From positions 65,306 through 129,305 of the forward strand of contig JBMORA010000028.1 in NCBI GenBank assembly GCA_049320885.1: a stretch of DNA of 64,000 nucleotides, read 5' to 3'. The notes under the pieces are model-generated. The model was given only the letters and a program-made list of their open reading frames with translations. It ran no database searches and was not told the DNA's origin. Origin of the DNA: Thermodesulfobacteriota bacterium. GTDB lineage: Bacteria; Desulfobacterota; Desulfobacteria; Desulfobacterales; SURF-7. Below, piece by piece: positions 59,877 to 64,000 of this stretch. The stretch's first letter is position 1, and every line of letters begins with the position of its first letter. The translations under genes were made by a program, and so were the position numbers.

Positions 59877-61399
59877 AGGCGATTCCGCCCTTTTCCCCCT
59901 CCTCATCGCCTGCATGGGGCCGGGTTGCGGCTTTCGCCGCAACGGTGGTTTCCAACGCCCCGGCCCATGCCGCTGAAACCACAACTTCCGCTTTGCAGTG
60001 GCCGACATTTCCGGAACTGCTCCGGGTCATCACGCTCCATGATTACAACACCCGGGTCGTCATCGCCGGAACCGCCCTCTTAGGCCTTGCGGCCGGTCTG
60101 ACCGGAACCTTTCTGATACTGCGCAAGCGCGCCCTGCTCAGCGACACCTTGAGCCACGCCACCCTGCCCGGCATCGCCCTCGCCTTTATCCTGATGACGA
60201 CCCAGTTCGGCGACGGCAAGCACCTCGCGGGCCTGATCGCCGGCGCGGCGCTTTTTGCCGTTCTGGGCACTGGTTCCGTCCTGCTGATCCAACGCTATTC
60301 CCGCTTGAAAGACGACGCCGCCCTGGGGGTGGTACTGAGTGTCTACTTCGGATTGGGCATCGCCATCATGGGCATCGCCACCCGAATGGAAGCCGGCAAT
60401 GCCGCCGGACTGACTTCCTTTATCTACGGGAAAACCGCTTCCATGCTCTACACGGACGCCGTGCTGATCGCCGTCACCGCCATTTTGGCGGCGGCGCTCT
60501 GCCTCCTTTTTTTCAAGGAGTTTTCCCTGATCTGTTTTGATTCCGATTTTGCCGCCGCCCAGGGCTGGCCCGTGGCCCGCCTTGATTTTTTCATGATGAC
60601 CCTGGTGGTGGTGGTCACAGTGGTCGGATTGCAGGCCGTGGGATTGATTCTGGTGGTCGCTCTCCTGATCATCCCTCCCTCGGCGGCCCGGTTCTGGAGC
60701 CGCCGCTTGTCCGTCATGCTCTGGATAGCGGGGGGCTTCGGCGCCGTGAGCGGTTTTCTGGGGGCCGCCGTCAGCGCCCTGATGGCCAATCTGCCGGCCG
60801 GAGCCGTGATCGTACTGACCGCCGCGACCCTGTTCTTCATCAGCCTGGTGTTCGGAACCAACGGCGGACTGCTGCGCATGGTCCGGGAAAGAATCCGGCT
60901 GAACAGGAAAGTCATGCGGGAAAACCTGTTGCGGGAACTGTATGAATGGCGGGAAAGCGCCTTGGACTTCAACGACGGCAAGGCGCTGGAAGCGGATTCC
61001 GGTCCCTTGCTGAAAGACCTGCTGCCGCGACGCTCGTGGTCGGAGCGCGTCCTGCGAAAAAGCCTCGGCCGTCTGCTCCGTGATGGATGGATCCGCCGGT
61101 CGGCCGCCGGAAGCCACCCCTTCACCGAGGAAGGGCTGCGGCAGGCCCGCGGGGTGGTCCGCAAGCACCGGCTGTGGGAGGCCTACCTGATCACCCATGC
61201 GGATACGGCGCCCGGCCAGGTGGACTGGGGGGCGGACGCCATCGAACATGTGCTGGACGGACGGATCATCGCCGAGTTGGAATCCAGGTTGCCCGATATG
61301 GCCCGGAAAAAGATCCTGGAAAGTCCCCATGAACTCAGCGACGGAAAGAAAATGAAAACGTCGGAATTGCATACGAAAGAATTTCAGACAACGGGTTAA
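59873..61399 (+). CDS. TroC-like permease fused to a C-terminal DtxR/MntR-like domain
   Basis: ABC-3 permease (D.LSHATLPG) followed by TEEG...RKHRLWEAYL...AD.IEH. Confidence 0.85.
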   Translation: MKAIPPFSPSSSPAWGRVAAFAATVVSNAPAHAAETTTSALQWPTFPELLRVITLHDYNTRVVIAGTALLGLAAGLTGTFLILRKRALLSDTLSHATLPGIALAFILMTTQFGDGKHLAGLIAGAALFAVLGTGSVLLIQRYSRLKDDAALGVVLSVYFGLGIAIMGIATRMEAGNAAGLTSFIYGKTASMLYTDAVLIAVTAILAAALCLLFFKEFSLICFDSDFAAAQGWPVARLDFFMMTLVVVVTVVGLQAVGLILVVALLIIPPSAARFWSRRLSVMLWIAGGFGAVSGFLGAAVSALMANLPAGAVIVLTAATLFFISLVFGTNGGLLRMVRERIRLNRKVMRENLLRELYEWRESALDFNDGKALEADSGPLLKDLLPRRSWSERVLRKSLGRLLRDGWIRRSAAGSHPFTEEGLRQARGVVRKHRLWEAYLITHADTAPGQVDWGADAIEHVLDGRIIAELESRLPDMARKKILESPHELSDGKKMKTSELHTKEFQTTG

Positions 61400-61403
61400 C
61401 CCA

Positions 61404-62702
61404 ATGGAATGGTCATTCATCGACACCTGGATCGTGGTGACGGGCATGCTGAGCGCCATGGCCTGCGCCCTGCTGGGCAATTACCTGGTGCTGCGCCGCA
61501 TGAGCATGATGGGAGACGCCATCAGTCACGCTGTTTTGCCGGGCTTGGCCATCGCTTTCCTGATCAGCGGCAGCCGTGACAGCCTGCCCATGCTCCTGGG
61601 CGCTGTAGGCATAGGCGTTGCAACAGCCATGCTGATCCAGGGCGTCAACCGGCTGAGCGGTCTGGATCAGGGCGCCTCCATGGGGGTGATCTTCACCAGC
61701 CTGTTCGCCCTGGGTCTGATCCTTATCCGGCAGGCCGCCGATCACGTCGACCTCGACCCGGGCTGCGTGCTGTACGGCGCCATCGAGTTGACTCCCCTGG
61801 ACGTCCAGACCTTCCTGGGATGGGAGGTGCCGCGGGCCGCCCTGACCAACGGCGCCATGCTGCTGATCAATATCCTTTTCGTTGTGGTCTTTTTCAAGGA
61901 ATTGCGCATCACCTCCTTTGATCCCGCCCTGGCCGACACCATGGGGTTCAATGCCGGCGCCATGCATTACATCCTCATGGGGCTGGTGGCCGCCACCACC
62001 ATCGCCGCATTTGAAAGCGTCGGCAGCATTCTGGTCATCGCCATGCTCATTGTGCCGGGAGCCACGGCCCACCTGCTTACCGACCGGCTTTTATCGATGC
62101 TGTCCGTCAGTATCGCCGTCGCCGCTCTTTCCGCGGTATTGGGCCACTTGGGCGCCATCACCATACCGCTGTGGTTCGGTTTTCGCGATACCAGCACCGC
62201 CGGCATGATGGCGGTGGCAGCGGGGGCCCTGTTTCTGTCGGCCTTTCTTTTTTCCCCCCGGCACGGCATCATCGGCAAGCTAATCGCCCGGGGCCTTCTC
62301 ACCCTGCGGATCATCCGGGACGACATCCTCGGCATGCTCTACCGGGTCCAGGAACTCTCTGGCCGGCGGCAATCGGCGGTGAAAGCCGTTGATCTCTCCA
62401 ATGCCTTGAAATCAGGAGCCTGGGTGCCCACGGCGTTGCTGGATCTCCTGCGACGGGGCCTGGTCCAGCGCACCGGGGAGGGAATCGTCCTGACGGAAAG
62501 CGGCCTCCAAGCAGCCGCCAACCTGATTCGCTCCCACCGTCTTTGGGAAACCTATCTCTGCGAAAAAATGGGTTTCTGCGAAGCGGAGGCCCATTACAGC
62601 GCCCACCGCCTGGAACATGTCACGGACAAGGACATGCAGGAAAAGCTGCAAAGCGCCTCGAACTACCCGACCCGGGATCCCCATCAAAAGGTGATTCCCT
62701 GA
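61404..62702 (+). CDS. TroD-like permease fused to a C-terminal DtxR/MntR-like domain
   Basis: DAISHAVLPG, VDLD..CVLYG; tail LTESG...RSHRLWETYL...AH..AHRLEH...PTRDPHQKVIP. Confidence 0.87.
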   Translation: MEWSFIDTWIVVTGMLSAMACALLGNYLVLRRMSMMGDAISHAVLPGLAIAFLISGSRDSLPMLLGAVGIGVATAMLIQGVNRLSGLDQGASMGVIFTSLFALGLILIRQAADHVDLDPGCVLYGAIELTPLDVQTFLGWEVPRAALTNGAMLLINILFVVVFFKELRITSFDPALADTMGFNAGAMHYILMGLVAATTIAAFESVGSILVIAMLIVPGATAHLLTDRLLSMLSVSIAVAALSAVLGHLGAITIPLWFGFRDTSTAGMMAVAAGALFLSAFLFSPRHGIIGKLIARGLLTLRIIRDDILGMLYRVQELSGRRQSAVKAVDLSNALKSGAWVPTALLDLLRRGLVQRTGEGIVLTESGLQAAANLIRSHRLWETYLCEKMGFCEAEAHYSAHRLEHVTDKDMQEKLQSASNYPTRDPHQKVIP

Positions 62703-62714
62703 TCCGTCCCTTGC

Positions 62715-62888
62715 TCAGTTCAGAAGCCCCAGCAGGCAATCGCCCTGGGAAAAACCCTCGGCCAGTGTCAGACCGGCCAGGTTTTTCCGCACCCATTCCC
62801 GCAGGGAGCGGATGAGGGCGGGATCATGGAAATATATGACTTCCCCCAGGCATCCCAGATCCTGCTGCACGCGCCAGTAAAAATACAT
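62715..62888 (-). CDS. 57-aa hypothetical protein downstream of the cobalamin riboswitch
   Basis: GGAGG RBS 5 nt before ATG; MYFYWRVQQDLGCLGEVIYFHDPALIRSLREWVRKNLAGLTLAEGFSQGDCLLGLLN; no family recognised. Confidence 0.55.
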   Translation of the reverse strand: MYFYWRVQQDLGCLGEVIYFHDPALIRSLREWVRKNLAGLTLAEGFSQGDCLLGLLN

Positions 62889-63010
62889 TTTCGCCTCCAT
62901 CTGTCATGGTTGGTTGTTTTCCGGGTTTTTTTCCGGGAAATTCCCAAACGCCCCGCCCGTCCCCCAGCGACAGGACCTCCGGACAAAAGGCATGGTGACT
63001 TCTTCCCGAT

Positions 63011-63043
63011 AAAAAAAACCCGGACCGAAAAAATCGATCCGGG
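63011..63043 (-). terminator. Intrinsic terminator, probable expression platform of the riboswitch
   Basis: Minus strand CCCGGATCGA-TTTTT-TCGGTCCGGG followed by T8. Confidence 0.8.
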
Positions 63044-63110
63044 ATTTCCCTGTTTTATCCACAGATGTGACGAAGGGCCACGGCGCCTCCGCGGAACCGT
63101 TCCCCGATTT

Positions 63111-63269
63111 GCCCAGGCAGGTCTTCTGACTTTCGGATCATCCGACCGGCAGCGCCTTCCCGACGTCGCCGTCAGTGGCATCCGGCTGCTTTCGTCCCCG
63201 AATACAGCGGCGGGCCCGTCCCCGATTCCCACGGGGTTCCCTTTTCAGCTCGCATATGAGCACCTGAAC
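63111..63269 (-). ncRNA. Cobalamin (AdoCbl) riboswitch
   Basis: Minus strand: AGGTGC...AAAAGGGAACCCCGTGGGAATCGGGGACGGGCCCGCCGCTGT...GCCACTG...GGGAAGGCG...AAGTCAGAAGACCTGCC (B12 box); P1 GTTCAGG/CCTGGGC. Confidence 0.93.
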
Positions 63270-63498
63270 AGAGCGATAACAACCGGAAAGGCAGATAAAA
63301 GTCAAGAAAAAACCGGCCGCGTCAGGAACCGACGAAGTTATTCATCCATGAAGCTGGGGGGGGAAACCTGGCCATCCACAATCGGATTCCGGTTTCCGGG
63401 GATTCATGCTATATGCATCCGAGTGATGCCGACTGCCATGCCGGCAATGATGCACCAATAGCGGGTCGGATCGCCACACGCGGAAATCGGGGCACCCT

Positions 63499-64000
63499 AT
63501 GATTCCACATCCAGCCAGTACGCCGGTCCACTCACCAATGACCGCCAGACAATATGGATTCGCTTTTTCATCCCTGCTCATCGCCCTGGCCCTGATATAT
63601 CACAACAGCTGGCACGGGGGCTGGCAGTATGACGACAACGTCAATATCGTAGAAAACCCGAACGTCCACCTGCATTCCCTGACCTGGGCCGGAATCCGTC
63701 GCGCGTTTTCCGGTATCGACCCCGGCAACCGTCTGGACAACCGGCCTCTTTCCTATCTGACCTTCGCCCTGAACCACGCTGCCGGCAAGTTGCGTGTCGA
63801 GGGATATCACCTGGTCAATTTCAGTATTCACGTCAGCGCGGCGGCAATCCTGTTCCTGTTCATCCTGGAAACCCTTCGGCTGCCTGTTCATCGCGGCCGG
63901 TATCACGAAAATGCCTATTCCATGGCATTGCTGTCGGTTTTTCTCTGGGCCCTGCATCCCATTCAGGTCACTGCCGTGACCTACATCGTGCAGCGCATGG
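63499..64000 (+). CDS. GT-C fold TMTC-like membrane glycosyltransferase / TPR protein, N-terminal part (runs off window)
   Basis: Not in the ORF track; frame gives WQYDDNVNIVENP, RPLSYLTFALN, GYHLVNFSIH, LWALHPIQVTAVTYIVQRM; start may be 63538. Confidence 0.8.
   Translation, partial: MIPHPASTPVHSPMTARQYGFAFSSLLIALALIYHNSWHGGWQYDDNVNIVENPNVHLHSLTWAGIRRAFSGIDPGNRLDNRPLSYLTFALNHAAGKLRVEGYHLVNFSIHVSAAAILFLFILETLRLPVHRGRYHENAYSMALLSVFLWALHPIQVTAVTYIVQRM

Noticed and set aside
62904..62993. 29-aa minus-strand ORF (MPFVRRSCRW...) between the riboswitch terminator and the 57-aa ORF
   Set aside because: Weak RBS and low-complexity sequence; cannot be supported as a gene or leader peptide
1..64000. 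tRNA, rRNA, CRISPR arrays, transposases, integrases, prophage or defence operons
   Set aside because: None recognised by eye; the nuclease-like genes (HNH, Mut7-C, RNase H-like) are scattered housekeeping-type families and do not form a defence cluster

Overview
GC-rich bacterial chromosome window. The gene content (class III cytochrome c3, Tmc/NarI-type cytochrome b, MetF/MetV, corrinoid proteins, acyl-CoA catabolism, delta-proteobacterial-type Zur box) suggests an anaerobic Desulfobacterota, probably Desulfobacteraceae/Desulfosarcinaceae-like (inference). About 60 CDS. Main blocks: signalling (hybrid kinase with a PilZ tail, CHASE4-PAS-GGDEF cyclase); TetR + acs + prpE; a small foreign-looking cassette beside an rtcA remnant; beta-oxidation genes with a MerR-type regulator; pstCAB-phoU-phoBR with a Pho-box-like repeat; LPS genes; a heme-c chemoreceptor; a corrinoid protein/methyltransferase pair; an Fe-S protein/QueG-like pair; and two divergent Zn/Mn ABC systems around a Zur box. 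The best candidate novel system is the operon at 40030-43448, which interleaves a Tmc-like electron-transfer chain (tetraheme c3, diheme cytochrome b, short 2x[4Fe-4S] subunit without CCG domains) with metV and metF, suggesting a membrane-wired methylene-THF reductase. Other highlights are a cobalamin riboswitch plus terminator controlling one 57-aa orphan ORF, and two Tro-type permeases each fused to a DtxR-like domain. No rRNA, tRNA, CRISPR array or intact transposase was seen. All calls come from motif recognition by eye; no database search was run.
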